DNA from: an uncultured Candidatus Saccharibacteria bacterium
GTDB lineage: Bacteria > Patescibacteriota > Minisyncoccia > Minisyncoccales > CG1-02-41-26
Direction: 5' to 3'
DNA length: 64,000 bases
NCBI GenBank assembly: GCA_964580085.1
Contig: CAZOJF010000001.1
Location: forward strand, 1,607-65,606
Shown here: piece after piece, positions 1 through 10,293 of the stretch
Layout of the letters: each line of letters begins with the position of its first letter
Position numbering within the stretch: position 1 is the stretch's first letter
Made by a program: the position numbers and the translations under genes
Notes under the pieces: generated by a model
The model's input: only the letters and a program-made list of their open reading frames with translations
Told to the model about the DNA's origin: nothing
Database searches by the model: none

Positions 1-1088
1 GCTCTTTTAATAATCTCTGGCTTGTTTTTGACTAAAGGTAAAATCGAGATTTTAATAGGAGCTAAACATTTCGCCAGTTTTAATAAAACTTCTGTTTCTT
101 TTATTGACTTTGTAGTAGTAGTTCGACCCCCTTTAACTTCTTGATAGGCTTCATTTAGAAAGGCCAAAAGAGATCTTTCTACCCCCACTGAGGTCTCAAT
201 AATGTATGGGTAGTATTTAGAACCATCTTCTTGCGTATAAGATAAATCTTTCCCCGAATATTTTGAATGGTTTTTTAAGTCCCAATCTCCTCTGTTATGG
301 ATACCCTCAATTTCTCCCCAGCCAAAAGAAAAATGATACTCTATATCTACTTGTCTTTGGGCATAATGAGCTCTGTCTTTTTTAGGGATCTCTATCGCTC
401 TTAAATTCTCTTCTTTAATTCCTAGTTTCGTGTACCAATTTAATCTTTCATTTTTCCAATAGTCAAAATATTTATCAGCATCTTGGGGATTGCAAAACCA
501 TTGCATTTCCATTTGCTCAAACTCTCTAGTTCTAAAGATAAAGTTTTTAGGATTAATTTCATTTCTAAATGATTTTCCTATTTGAGCTATGCCTAAAGGA
601 ATTTTTAAACGCATTGAATTCAAAACATTTAAAAAGTTAATATAAATCCCCTGACATGTTTCTGGTCTCAGATAAGTTAGAGATGCTTTATCTTCAACTG
701 GACCTATAAATGTCTTCATCATTAAGTTAAACTTTTTGGGTTTACTTAATTCTCCTCCACATTCAGGACATTTGTCTTTTTTAATCTCATCCGCTTTAAA
801 ACGTTTATGACATCTCTTACATTCTAATAATTCATCTGCAAATCCAGCACTTAAATGTCCTGAGGCCTCCCAAACTTTTGGATTCATTAAAATACTGGCA
901 TCTAACCCAACTATGTTATCGTGTTTTAAAAGCATTTCCTCTCTCCATGCTTTTTTGATATTATTTTTTAATTCCACACCCAACGGTCCAAAATCATAAA
1001 CACCTCCAATTCCTTCATAAATTTCTGAAGATGGAAAAATAAATCCTCGTCTTTTGCAAAGAGAAATAATTTTTTTGTTTAAATCCAT
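1..1088 (-). CDS. glyS: Glycyl-tRNA synthetase, alpha2 (eukaryote/archaea-like) type; 3' end runs off the window
   Basis: Manual translation from ATG 1088: MDLNKKIISLCKRRGFIFPSSEIYEGIGGVYDFGPLG, later YLRPETCQGI, GKSFRNEI, FRTREFEQMEMQWF. Absent from the ORF track because it is truncated. Confidence 0.95.
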   Translation of the reverse strand, partial: MDLNKKIISLCKRRGFIFPSSEIYEGIGGVYDFGPLGVELKNNIKKAWREEMLLKHDNIVGLDASILMNPKVWEASGHLSAGFADELLECKRCHKRFKADEIKKDKCPECGGELSKPKKFNLMMKTFIGPVEDKASLTYLRPETCQGIYINFLNVLNSMRLKIPLGIAQIGKSFRNEINPKNFIFRTREFEQMEMQWFCNPQDADKYFDYWKNERLNWYTKLGIKEENLRAIEIPKKDRAHYAQRQVDIEYHFSFGWGEIEGIHNRGDWDLKNHSKYSGKDLSYTQEDGSKYYPYIIETSVGVERSLLAFLNEAYQEVKGGRTTTTKSIKETEVLLKLAKCLAPIKISILPLVKNKPEIIKR

Positions 1089-1096
1089 AATGTTTA

Positions 1097-2761
1097 TTAA
1101 TTATTACTTACTAGACCTTGTTCATAATTAACACTTTCATCTTCTGGCAAACTGGTGTCGATTCCTGAGACATCTGAAGTTAGTATATCTTGGGTAAATT
1201 TATCTTGACCCACTACTTGCGCTTTTTTAACTAATATTGCTGTTTTCCCTATTTGATCTGTGCTGGGAGTTAATCTAACCTGAAAAGCTAAAGTTAAAGG
1301 GATTTCACCTGTCCCTTGATATGTGTTTACGTCTCCTATATTCCAAATTACTTCTCTGCTTACAGAATCAAACGTAAATTTAGAATCTTCTGGGAAAAAA
1401 TTGCCTGTAGGGTTTACATTAGAAGGCAATACTGCTTTCACTTTTACATTATTAGCTTCATTTGAATAATTTTTAACTTGCCAAAGAATAGTATAAGTTG
1501 TTGATTCTCCAACTTTAGGAGGTAGAGGGCCTGAATTCCCAAAAAATTCTTCTTGAAAATAAGCTTTTTGCAAAATATCTAACTTAGAATTAACTTTTAT
1601 TTCAAATTCTTTTTCGGCTTCGCTAATTAATACCTCATTCCGCAAAACTGGATTTATTGTTCCGGAAATAAAAGTTTCATCTTTTATTTTTATCCAAAAT
1701 TCAACTTTTCCTTCCTCCCCCGCGTCTAAAAAACTCAATTTAGGTATATTTTTCCAATCAAAAATTATAGAATTATCTCCTGGTCCAGTTTCTCCCTTGT
1801 CTGACCGTAACGTTTCTATGTCAAATACTTCACTATTTAATTTAACTAATAAAAACTTTTTCGTAAAAGATTTTCTACCTATATTTTTAAAGAAAATTTC
1901 ATAATGGAGTAAATCTCCTGGGTTGGCGATATAATTTGGGGAGTTATTTACTATTTGAGATATGTAAATAGCTGGCTCAATAATCTGGATTGACTGGGCA
2001 GTCTCCTTTAGAATAACAAATTCTCCATCTATATATATCCCTAACTCCGCTCTAAAAACTTTTTGGTCTCCTGTTTCTCCATCAATATCACCTAATATTC
2101 TTATTCTCCCCCCGCTGGCTAGGCTAAGCAAAGGAACTTGCCATTCTGTTTTGTCTATTGATTGAGGGATAGAACTTTTAAATAAGAAGTTATCTGGATA
2201 AATAAGCCTAATTTTTAACTCCGAAAGTTCACAATCAAAGTTTGAAAAGTAGTTTAAAGAAAAATTAAGTTTTTGCCCCGCTTCAATTTTAGAAGCAAGA
2301 TCAAATTCAAAAGTTAAAGGAACAAATTTAATTTGGGTACTAAAACTTGTTTTGGATTCATAGCGGGCTTTTAAATTTTTCGGTTGATAATTTAACCAAG
2401 CATTTGCTGTTACTATTTCATTTTCTTTTCCTATTAATCTCCCTTTAAATTTAAAACTTTTTTCTTGCCCAGGATATATGTCTTCTACTTTTTCAGTTAT
2501 TCTTAATGCAATATCATTTTCGAGAATAGAGTGTTCTGGATATTCAAAGGTAAGCTCTGGATTTTCCAAAACAACATCTCCATTATTTTTATATCTAACT
2601 AAATATTCTATTTCTTCTCCGGCTTGCACAGCTTCTGGGCCTAATATTTCAACTTTTAATATCTCCTTTGAATAATTGTTTCTTTGAAAATACCAAAGAC
2701 CTACCAATCCAGTTATTAAGAGTAAAATTGTAATAGAAATCACTAAAAAGTTTTTAGGCAT
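1097..2761 (-). CDS. Membrane-anchored protein with repeated Ig-like/DUF11-type beta-sandwich domains
   Basis: N-terminal TM helix; repeated 'GEEIEYLVRYKNNG', 'GDLLHYEIFFKNIG', 'GESTTYTILWQVKN' motifs. Confidence 0.6.
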   Translation of the reverse strand: MPKNFLVISITILLLITGLVGLWYFQRNNYSKEILKVEILGPEAVQAGEEIEYLVRYKNNGDVVLENPELTFEYPEHSILENDIALRITEKVEDIYPGQEKSFKFKGRLIGKENEIVTANAWLNYQPKNLKARYESKTSFSTQIKFVPLTFEFDLASKIEAGQKLNFSLNYFSNFDCELSELKIRLIYPDNFLFKSSIPQSIDKTEWQVPLLSLASGGRIRILGDIDGETGDQKVFRAELGIYIDGEFVILKETAQSIQIIEPAIYISQIVNNSPNYIANPGDLLHYEIFFKNIGRKSFTKKFLLVKLNSEVFDIETLRSDKGETGPGDNSIIFDWKNIPKLSFLDAGEEGKVEFWIKIKDETFISGTINPVLRNEVLISEAEKEFEIKVNSKLDILQKAYFQEEFFGNSGPLPPKVGESTTYTILWQVKNYSNEANNVKVKAVLPSNVNPTGNFFPEDSKFTFDSVSREVIWNIGDVNTYQGTGEIPLTLAFQVRLTPSTDQIGKTAILVKKAQVVGQDKFTQDILTSDVSGIDTSLPEDESVNYEQGLVSNN

Positions 2762-2773
2762 ATTTTTTGTTTA

Positions 2774-3490
2774 TTAGTTTAAAAGATAATTAAGATTATT
2801 TTTATCTTCCTGTTTTATTTTTAAATATTGTAATGTTTTCCAATCTTTTTTAAGAATGATTCTTAAAACTTTTATTGTATTTATATTTATGTTTGAATAC
2901 AATTCTTTATTCACTTTGTCCATTTTTTGGAAACATGATTGACAAATTATTCCGTTTTCTTTAGAAAATAAATAGATATTTTCTTTGTATAATTTTTTAT
3001 GGCAAATATAACAATAATAAAGTTCTGGTTTATATCCGAGGATAGAAATTAAGTTCCAGTAAAAGTAATAATAAATTATTTCCACCTGCCAACCACTAAT
3101 TTCTAAATTTAGGTTTAATTTTTGAAAAGTTTCTTTTAGCAACTGCCAAATTTTGTCATCTTTTTCTTCTCCGTGAACTAAGTTATTGATATCTTTACTA
3201 ATTTTAGAAGCAATTTGGAATTTGTTATTTTCTATTTTTAAATTTTTAAACTTATCAATTAAAACTGCATCCGTCAGCGTTTTGTAAACTTTTCCTTGTA
3301 TAAATTCAATCTCTGAAAGAGAAAAAATTTCTGTTCCTGCCCTTAATTTTGACTTAATTTTTCTAATGGCTTTACCAAAAACCTTTATTCTGCCAAAATC
3401 CCTTGTAAAAACAGTAAAAATCCGACTGTCTTTCCTATCTTCTTTTTCTTCCAAAAAAAATCCTTTGGTTCTAAAATATGTAAACGGCAT
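2774..3490 (-). CDS. recO: DNA repair protein RecO
   Basis: OB-fold N-terminus (FTRDFGRIKVFGKAIRKIKSKL); LGYKPEL followed by a CxxC...CxxC zinc finger. Confidence 0.92.
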   Translation of the reverse strand: MPFTYFRTKGFFLEEKEDRKDSRIFTVFTRDFGRIKVFGKAIRKIKSKLRAGTEIFSLSEIEFIQGKVYKTLTDAVLIDKFKNLKIENNKFQIASKISKDINNLVHGEEKDDKIWQLLKETFQKLNLNLEISGWQVEIIYYYFYWNLISILGYKPELYYCYICHKKLYKENIYLFSKENGIICQSCFQKMDKVNKELYSNININTIKVLRIILKKDWKTLQYLKIKQEDKNNLNYLLN

Positions 3491-3506
3491 TATTATACTA
3501 TTATCT

Positions 3507-3806
3507 TTAAAAGTCTCCCAGTTTTTTTAGATAGTTTATATCATTATTGATTTTCTTTCTCTCTTGCCAGTTTGCTCTTACTTTCTCTTTTTGGAGACCC
3601 TTAATCAATCCCTTCACATCTTTACGGTCAATATTAGAGCCATATCTTTTAAAATCAAATTTCTTCTCAAAAGCTTCTCTTTCTTGTCGAGTATATCTTC
3701 TTGCTGAACCAGTAAACTTTGGGGGAGCTTGTCTTAGTCCTTCCCTTAAATCAACTCGGGATAAATATCCTTTTTTGCCAAAAAAATCTTCTGTTGGTTT
3801 TTCCAT
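3507..3806 (-). CDS. Small basic hypothetical protein
   Basis: 99-aa ORF co-oriented between ileS and recO; TAGTAT shortly upstream of the ATG. Confidence 0.65.
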   Translation of the reverse strand: MEKPTEDFFGKKGYLSRVDLREGLRQAPPKFTGSARRYTRQEREAFEKKFDFKRYGSNIDRKDVKGLIKGLQKEKVRANWQERKKINNDINYLKKLGDF

Positions 3807-3827
3807 AATGTTTATACTATGGTTATT

Positions 3828-6704
3828 TTAGATGACCTTTTTAATCGCTAAATGAACTTCTTCTTCTTCAATTTTCATTATTTTTTCATTCTCTGAAATT
3901 TCATCTGGTATATTCTCTTTAATTTCTTTTGCCTTTGTGTCTAATAAAATCTTCTTAGCATTGTCTTCTAAGAACCTTTTTAATCCTTGGGCTTGGTAAT
4001 AAATTATAATTTTATCTTCGGGTGTAAACTTTAACTTTTTACGGAGATTTTGAATTTGTCTAACAATCTCTCTAATATTTCCTTCTTGTTTTAATTCTTT
4101 TGTAATTGTTGGGTCTAACTCTATTTGTTTTTGTATTTTTGAATCAAAAATTACTTGTTTTACATTTACTTCTTCTTTTATCAAGTCTAATAATTCTTGA
4201 TTTTCTTTAATCTTTTCTCCCTGACCATCAATGTTAATCTTTAACAAAGAGAGCGGTTGTCTCACTTTTATTCCTAGATTAGCTCTCTCAGATAACGATA
4301 AGGCAACTATGTCTCTTATGTTTTTCATATCATTTTCTAACTCTGAGTTTATAAATTGCTTTTCTGATTTTGGCCAATCATATAAATGAATTGATTCTGG
4401 CATGTCTTCTGTCTTCAAATCTAAATAAACTTGCTCTGCAAAAAATGGCATCATTGGAGCAATTAATTTACTCAAATTCAAAAGAACAAAATAAAGAGTT
4501 GAAATTGCATCTTTTGAGTTTTCTGCTGAATGAAATCTCTTTCGAGAACGCCTGATATACCAAAGAGATAAATCATTTATAAAGAAATCTTCAATAGATA
4601 AACTCGCTTTATAGGCATCATATTTGTCTAAACATTCCGTAACTTCTTTTATTAAATTATTCAAACGAGATAAAATCCATTTATCTAAAACATTTTTTGA
4701 ATCTGGAGATTCTAAAGAAGATTTTTCTTTAGAGGCATAGGTGTTATAAAAGGCATAACTATTCCATAAAACTAAAAGTTTTCTTTTTATTTCTTGAGCA
4801 ACATTATAGCCAAATCTTAAATTAGAAACTGGATTTTGCTTAGCATACATCCATCTCATAACATCTGCTCCTATTTTTTCTACGGCCTCATCAAACCAAA
4901 TAGCATTACCTTTTGATTTATGCATTTCTTCTCCTTTTTCATCAACTGCTGTGGCATATCCAAAAATTGTTTTAGTTGGTGGGACTCCTTCTAAAACCTG
5001 ACTCATAACTATAAGAGAATAAAACCAATTTTTAAATTGTCCTGGAAAAGATTCTGAAATAAAATCAGAAGGAAACCATTTTCCCCAAAATTCTTTATCT
5101 GTAGAATATTTACGCGTGGAAAAGGAAACTATTCCTGCATCTAACCACGGATTACCTACATCTGGAATACGAGAAATTGTCTCTCCACATTTGGGACACT
5201 TAATTTTAACCTTATCAATCCAAGGTTTATGAGGAGAATGCCCTTCAAGCTCATCCCATCCTTCCACAGCTTTTTCTTTTAATTCTTGCTTAGACCCAAT
5301 TACTTCAAAATTACCACATTTTGGGCACTCATAAATCGGGAGAGCTAATCCCCAATAACGTTTCTTAGAAATAAGCCAATCTTGCATATTTTTTAACCAA
5401 TCTAATTCCCTATCCAGCCCAAACCTTGGTATCCATTCTATTTTTTTAACACTTTCCATAAGATCATCTCTTATTTTATCCATAGAAATATACCATTCAT
5501 CAACTAATCTAAAAATCAACTCTGTTTTGCATCTCCAACAAGTTGGGTAACGATGTGTATAATTCTCAATTTTAAAAACAAAATTTTGTTTTTCTAGGTC
5601 TTCAAAAATTAAATCATTTACTCCAGACACTAATTTACCTGTTAAATAATCAAACCCTTTTCTGTATCTACTTTCGTCGTTCGTAGGATTAATTACGGGT
5701 ATTTTTAACTCTTTGCTTAGTTGAAAATCTTCTTGCCCACACCCAGGAGCAATATGGACAATTCCTGTTCCTTCCTCAATATTCACTTCGTCCCATAAAA
5801 TGACTACATGTTCATATCCTTTAAGTACTTTTTTCACTTCGGGGAATTTATCAAAGCCCATGCCTTGATATTTTATCCCCTTTAATTTCTTTCCTTTGAA
5901 TATCTCTATAATCTCTCCCTTTTCAATAATCTGGGCTTTTTCTTTTAATAAAATGAATATTTCTCCTTGTTCATTCTTTACTTTGGCATATTCTAAATCT
6001 GGATGGACTGCTAGAGCAACATTAGCCGGTAATGTCCAGGGAGTAGTTGTCCAGGCCAGAAAGAATGTTTTTTCTTGCTCTTTAACGGGAAACTTTATAA
6101 AGATTGCCTTATGGGTTATCTCTTTATATTCTTCGGTTAATATCTCATGTTGAGAGATTGCTGTCCCACACCTCGGACACCAAGGGACTACATCTCTTCC
6201 TTTGTATAGAAGTCCTTTTTCTTTACACTTTTTTAAAAAATGCCAAATCGTATAGTTATTTTCATCAGACATTGTAAAATAGGAATTATCCCAATCCATC
6301 CATTGCCCTAAACGAATGGACTGCCTGGTTTGAATTTTGGAGTATTTCAGAACTCTTTCTTTACATTTCTTAACAAACTTCCCAACCCCGTATTTTTCTA
6401 TGTCTTTTTTATCTTTGAACCCAAGCTCTTTTTCAACTTCAACTTCCACCCATAACCCCTGGCAATCAAACCCATTTTGATATCTTTCATCTATCCCCTG
6501 CATTGCCTTATATCTTCTGAATAAGTCTTTATATGTTCTCCCCCAAGCATGGTGAACCCCCATGGGATTATTGGCGGTTATTGGCCCATCTAAAAATGAC
6601 CAAGTTTTTTTATCTTTATTTTTCTCTCTCAACTTCTCAAAAATCTTTTTCTCCTTCCAAAACTTTAATATTTTATTTTCTATTTCTGGAAAATTAACAT
6701 CCAT
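3828..6704 (-). CDS. ileS: Isoleucyl-tRNA synthetase type 2, non-canonical GVHH signature
   Basis: DGPITANNPMGVHHAW, GFDCQGL, WTTTPWTLP, GTGIVHIAPG, DWLISKKRYWG, EMHKSKGN; IleRS2-type C-terminus. Confidence 0.96.
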   Translation of the reverse strand: MDVNFPEIENKILKFWKEKKIFEKLREKNKDKKTWSFLDGPITANNPMGVHHAWGRTYKDLFRRYKAMQGIDERYQNGFDCQGLWVEVEVEKELGFKDKKDIEKYGVGKFVKKCKERVLKYSKIQTRQSIRLGQWMDWDNSYFTMSDENNYTIWHFLKKCKEKGLLYKGRDVVPWCPRCGTAISQHEILTEEYKEITHKAIFIKFPVKEQEKTFFLAWTTTPWTLPANVALAVHPDLEYAKVKNEQGEIFILLKEKAQIIEKGEIIEIFKGKKLKGIKYQGMGFDKFPEVKKVLKGYEHVVILWDEVNIEEGTGIVHIAPGCGQEDFQLSKELKIPVINPTNDESRYRKGFDYLTGKLVSGVNDLIFEDLEKQNFVFKIENYTHRYPTCWRCKTELIFRLVDEWYISMDKIRDDLMESVKKIEWIPRFGLDRELDWLKNMQDWLISKKRYWGLALPIYECPKCGNFEVIGSKQELKEKAVEGWDELEGHSPHKPWIDKVKIKCPKCGETISRIPDVGNPWLDAGIVSFSTRKYSTDKEFWGKWFPSDFISESFPGQFKNWFYSLIVMSQVLEGVPPTKTIFGYATAVDEKGEEMHKSKGNAIWFDEAVEKIGADVMRWMYAKQNPVSNLRFGYNVAQEIKRKLLVLWNSYAFYNTYASKEKSSLESPDSKNVLDKWILSRLNNLIKEVTECLDKYDAYKASLSIEDFFINDLSLWYIRRSRKRFHSAENSKDAISTLYFVLLNLSKLIAPMMPFFAEQVYLDLKTEDMPESIHLYDWPKSEKQFINSELENDMKNIRDIVALSLSERANLGIKVRQPLSLLKINIDGQGEKIKENQELLDLIKEEVNVKQVIFDSKIQKQIELDPTITKELKQEGNIREIVRQIQNLRKKLKFTPEDKIIIYYQAQGLKRFLEDNAKKILLDTKAKEIKENIPDEISENEKIMKIEEEEVHLAIKKVI

Positions 6705-6710
6705 ATAAAA

Positions 6711-7283
6711 TTATTTATATTCTAATTTTCTAAACTCTCCAACCCCTAATAAAGAAGCCTCGTTCTGGTTTAAAAGGTTTTCATCTTTTATGCCCATTAA
6801 CATCCCGTCTAAAATATGTAATGGTCCCCGATGACTGATTATTAAAATATTTTTGTTCTTATATTTTTCATCAATTTCATTAAAAAAATCAAGTAATCTT
6901 TTTTCTACATCTAAGCCACTCTCTCCGTTCTTGGGCTTTTCAAAAAATCTTTGCTTTAAACTAGAAAAATCTTTCCGATAATCTTTAATCAATTTATTTT
7001 TGTAATCACCATAATCAATTTCTCTAAGACGAATATCAAAAATCGGTTGGACATTTATTTTACGAGAAACAATTTCAGAAGTCTGCTTAGTTCTAGTCAT
7101 GTCTGATGAAAAAATCAAATCTATATTTTTATCCATCAATTCTTTTGCCGCCTTCTCTATCTGCCCCTCTCCTCTTTTAGTTAAAAATATAGGAGATGGC
7201 TCTGGCCAAGGATATATTGTTATTTCTTTTTTGATTTGGTATGGAGTTTCCCCATGCCTTAAAATAAAATAAGTATTATTCAT
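6711..7283 (-). CDS. Histidine phosphatase (phosphoglycerate mutase-like) family protein
   Basis: LRHGET, SSDMTRTKQT, LREIDYG, ISH motifs. Confidence 0.88.
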   Translation of the reverse strand: MNNTYFILRHGETPYQIKKEITIYPWPEPSPIFLTKRGEGQIEKAAKELMDKNIDLIFSSDMTRTKQTSEIVSRKINVQPIFDIRLREIDYGDYKNKLIKDYRKDFSSLKQRFFEKPKNGESGLDVEKRLLDFFNEIDEKYKNKNILIISHRGPLHILDGMLMGIKDENLLNQNEASLLGVGEFRKLEYK

Positions 7284-7284
7284 A

Positions 7285-8850
7285 TTACATTTTTTCTGGA
7301 GCAGAAATCCCCATTATGTCTAAGGTATTTTTTAAAACAATTTGGGTTGCCAACACTAACCCTAGTCGAGCATTACTTAACTCTTTATCTTCTATCAGAA
7401 CATGACAATTCTTATAAAATTGATGGAAACAACTAGCTGTTTCAAATGTATACTTTGGCAATCTTTGAGTTTGATAATCTTTAGCCGTATCTCTAATAAT
7501 TTCTGGTAATTTAACTAATTGCTTTATTAATTTTAATTCTAAAGGATCATTTAATAATTGAAAATTAGCTTGTTTTGTCTCAGGCTTAATATCAGATTTT
7601 TTAAGGATACTACAAATTCTAGCATAAGCATATTGGATATAATAAACTGGATTTTTTTTTGATTGTTCTTTGGCTAAAGATAAATCAAAGTTTAAATGAG
7701 TATTGGCTGATTTCTGTAAAAAGAAAAATCTAACTACATCTTTCCCTACTTCTCCAAGCAGTTCATCCATAGTAACAAATGTTCCTTGTCTTTTAGACAT
7801 TTTCTTTCTTTCTCCTCCTTCTAATATAGTAACAAACTGATATAATATTATCTCTAACTTACCTTTGTGCCCTAGTGCTTCTATAATAGCCATAAGACCA
7901 GGAATATCTCCATGATGGTCTGCTCCCCATATATTGATTAATCTATCAAACTTTTTTAGTTTATAGTCATGCAAAGCTAAGTCTCCTGCTAGATATGTTT
8001 TCCATTTATCTGATTTAATTAATACTCTGTCTCTTCTATCCCCAAACTTAGTTGATTTAAACCATACTGCTCCTTCTTTTTTATATATTAAATCTCCTAA
8101 AGAATCTATTAATTCATCTACTTTACCTTTTTCATGAAAATCCGACTCAGATATCCATTCATCATATTGAATGCCCATGTTATCAGTAGTCTTTTTAATC
8201 ATATCAAGAATAATCTCAACTGCTTTTTTACCTGCTTTATATGGATCTTTTTCTTTTATTTTTTTAGCTAATTCTTTAATATATTCTCCTTTATATTCTG
8301 TCTTATCGTCTTGTAACACAGAATGACCCAAAGCCATTACTTGCCCTCCATAATTGTTAACATAGTATGCTTTCTCAACTTTGAACCCTGATTTATCTAA
8401 TATATTTGCTATCACATCTCCCATTGGCCCCCCTCTAGCATTAGCTACTGTTAATGGCCCAGTAGGATTGGCTGAAATAAATTCAACCTGAACTTTCTTA
8501 TTATTCCCAATATCTATGTTTCCAAAATCTTTACCCTGCTCTAATATCTCTCCAATTTGTTTTTGAATAATGTTTTTAGATAAAAAAAAGTTAATAAACC
8601 CTGGTTTAACCACTTCCACCTTATCAAAAAATAATTGATCGAGCGATTGAACTATAATTTCTGCTACTTCTAAGGGATTCTTTTTAATTCTTTTTCCGAT
8701 TTCCATTGCCAAATTAGTTGAAAAATCACCATGAATCTCTTTTTCAGGGTATTCTATAAAAATACTAGGCATCTTAAAATCAGGCAATTTTGCTTCTTTT
8801 TGGAGGATATTGATTGTCTTTTCTAACAAATCAGATATTTGTTTTTTCAT
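7285..8850 (-). CDS. argS: Arginyl-tRNA synthetase
   Basis: HGDFSTN, GFINF, VEFISANPTGPL, GADHHG, KMSKR, YIQYAYARICSI, MGISAPEKM. Confidence 0.96.
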   Translation of the reverse strand: MKKQISDLLEKTINILQKEAKLPDFKMPSIFIEYPEKEIHGDFSTNLAMEIGKRIKKNPLEVAEIIVQSLDQLFFDKVEVVKPGFINFFLSKNIIQKQIGEILEQGKDFGNIDIGNNKKVQVEFISANPTGPLTVANARGGPMGDVIANILDKSGFKVEKAYYVNNYGGQVMALGHSVLQDDKTEYKGEYIKELAKKIKEKDPYKAGKKAVEIILDMIKKTTDNMGIQYDEWISESDFHEKGKVDELIDSLGDLIYKKEGAVWFKSTKFGDRRDRVLIKSDKWKTYLAGDLALHDYKLKKFDRLINIWGADHHGDIPGLMAIIEALGHKGKLEIILYQFVTILEGGERKKMSKRQGTFVTMDELLGEVGKDVVRFFFLQKSANTHLNFDLSLAKEQSKKNPVYYIQYAYARICSILKKSDIKPETKQANFQLLNDPLELKLIKQLVKLPEIIRDTAKDYQTQRLPKYTFETASCFHQFYKNCHVLIEDKELSNARLGLVLATQIVLKNTLDIMGISAPEKM

Positions 8851-8946
8851 ATAAATATATGTTTTCAGTTTACCTTTTTATGCCTTTTATTTCAACCTTA
8901 TTGAGGTTAGACATATTTTAAGTTAGACTAAGACAAGATTATAATT

Positions 8947-9399
8947 ATGAGGATTATATTAGAAAACAAAAAGGCTTTATTCGATTATTCTATACTAGAA
9001 AAATTTGAAGCTGGCATAGTGTTAAAAGGATTAGAAGTAAAATCTATAAAAACCGGAAGAATGAACTTACGAGGCTCTTTCGTAGTCATTAATCAATCCC
9101 CTACTGAAGTTTTTTTAATTGGTGCCAATATCCCTCCTTACCAACCCAATAACACACCTGATGATTATGACCCCAAAAGGAGTCGTAAACTTCTCTTGAA
9201 AAAAACCGAAATAAAGCATTTGATAGGTAAATCCAGGGAAAGAGGTTTGACAATGGTGCCTATAAAAGTGTATACTATTAAGGGTAAAATAAAGATAGAG
9301 TTTGCCATAGTAAAAGGAAAGAAAAAATTTGATAAGAGAGAACAAATTAAGAAAAGACAGACTAAGAAAGAAATCGAAAGAGAAATAAAGAGGGGGTGA
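8947..9399 (+). CDS. smpB: SsrA-binding protein SmpB
   Basis: NKKALFDY, EAGIVLKGLEVKSIK, RKLLL, GKKKFDKRE; adjacent to tmRNA. Confidence 0.97.
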   Translation: MRIILENKKALFDYSILEKFEAGIVLKGLEVKSIKTGRMNLRGSFVVINQSPTEVFLIGANIPPYQPNNTPDDYDPKRSRKLLLKKTEIKHLIGKSRERGLTMVPIKVYTIKGKIKIEFAIVKGKKKFDKREQIKKRQTKKEIEREIKRG

Positions 9400-9762
9400 A
9401 TGTTTTGACAGAAATCTTATCTGGAATAAGCAAGGCGAGTTCTGAAATCTCGTTAAACTTTCAGAAATTTAATAAGTGCAAACTTATTTTCAAAACCAGC
9501 TTACGCTTTTGCGTAATGGTTGCCTCGAACTGAGTTTACTCTCGTTTGAAGCCATCTCCCTATTGATTCTCAATAAATAGTAAGAGGTGTTATACATTGA
9601 GATAGATAATTATCTTGTTCCGAATAATTATTAAAACTAAGGAACTCGGATATCAAAAGTTTTGTTTATTTTATATTTTGTTATCTTAAAAATAAAATAA
9701 ACTAACCTTGTAGAATTGTTTCGGAAAAATTTTTGGACGCGAGTTCAATCTCGCCATCTCCA
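9392..9762 (+). ncRNA. ssrA: tmRNA (SsrA); tag peptide ANLFSKPAYAFA encoded at 9478-9516
   Basis: 5' GGGGGTG pairs with CATCTCC (9755-9761), including G3:U70 and discriminator A; T-arm GCGAGTTCAATCTCGC; tag ORF ends AYAFA*. Confidence 0.95.
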
Positions 9763-9780
9763 CTAATTATTAAAATTAAA

Positions 9781-10293
9781 ATTTTGTCCAAAAGAATATT
9801 TATCAATAATAGAATAAGAGCTAGAGAAGTACGGTTAATTGACGAAACTGGAAAACAATTAGGTATTGTTAGTTTAACAGATGCTTTAAGAAAATCTCGA
9901 GAAGCTGGGCTAGATTTAATTCAAGTAACTGAAAGGGTCAGTCCCCCCGTATGTAAAATTTTGGATCATGGGAAATATGCTTATCAAGAAAAAAAGAAAG
10001 AGAAAAAACAAAAACAAAATAAAAGTGGAGAATTAAAAAGTATAAGATTAAAATTTAACATATCTCCTCATGATACTGAGACCAGAATGAAATCAGCCGA
10101 AAAATTCCTTAAAAAAGGATATCGAGTAAAGATAGAAATGGTTTTAAGAGGTAGAGAAAAACGACTTTCCGATTTTGCTAGAGAAAAATTAGATCAATTT
10201 TTAAAGACATTACAGGAACTAATCCCAATTAAAATTGAAAGAGAAACAAAACGAGCCGGAAAAGGGTTAGTAACCATAATAACTAAACTATGA
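9781..10293 (+). CDS. infC: Translation initiation factor IF-3 (start probably ATT 9781 or TTG 9784)
   Basis: INNRIRAREVRLID, PPVCKILDHGKY, RGRE; first gene of infC-rpmI-rplT. The track start at 9733 lies inside the tmRNA. Confidence 0.93.
   Translation: MLSKRIFINNRIRAREVRLIDETGKQLGIVSLTDALRKSREAGLDLIQVTERVSPPVCKILDHGKYAYQEKKKEKKQKQNKSGELKSIRLKFNISPHDTETRMKSAEKFLKKGYRVKIEMVLRGREKRLSDFAREKLDQFLKTLQELIPIKIERETKRAGKGLVTIITKL

Noticed and set aside
9733-9780. infC start at TTG 9733
   Set aside because: Lies within the tmRNA T-arm/acceptor stem
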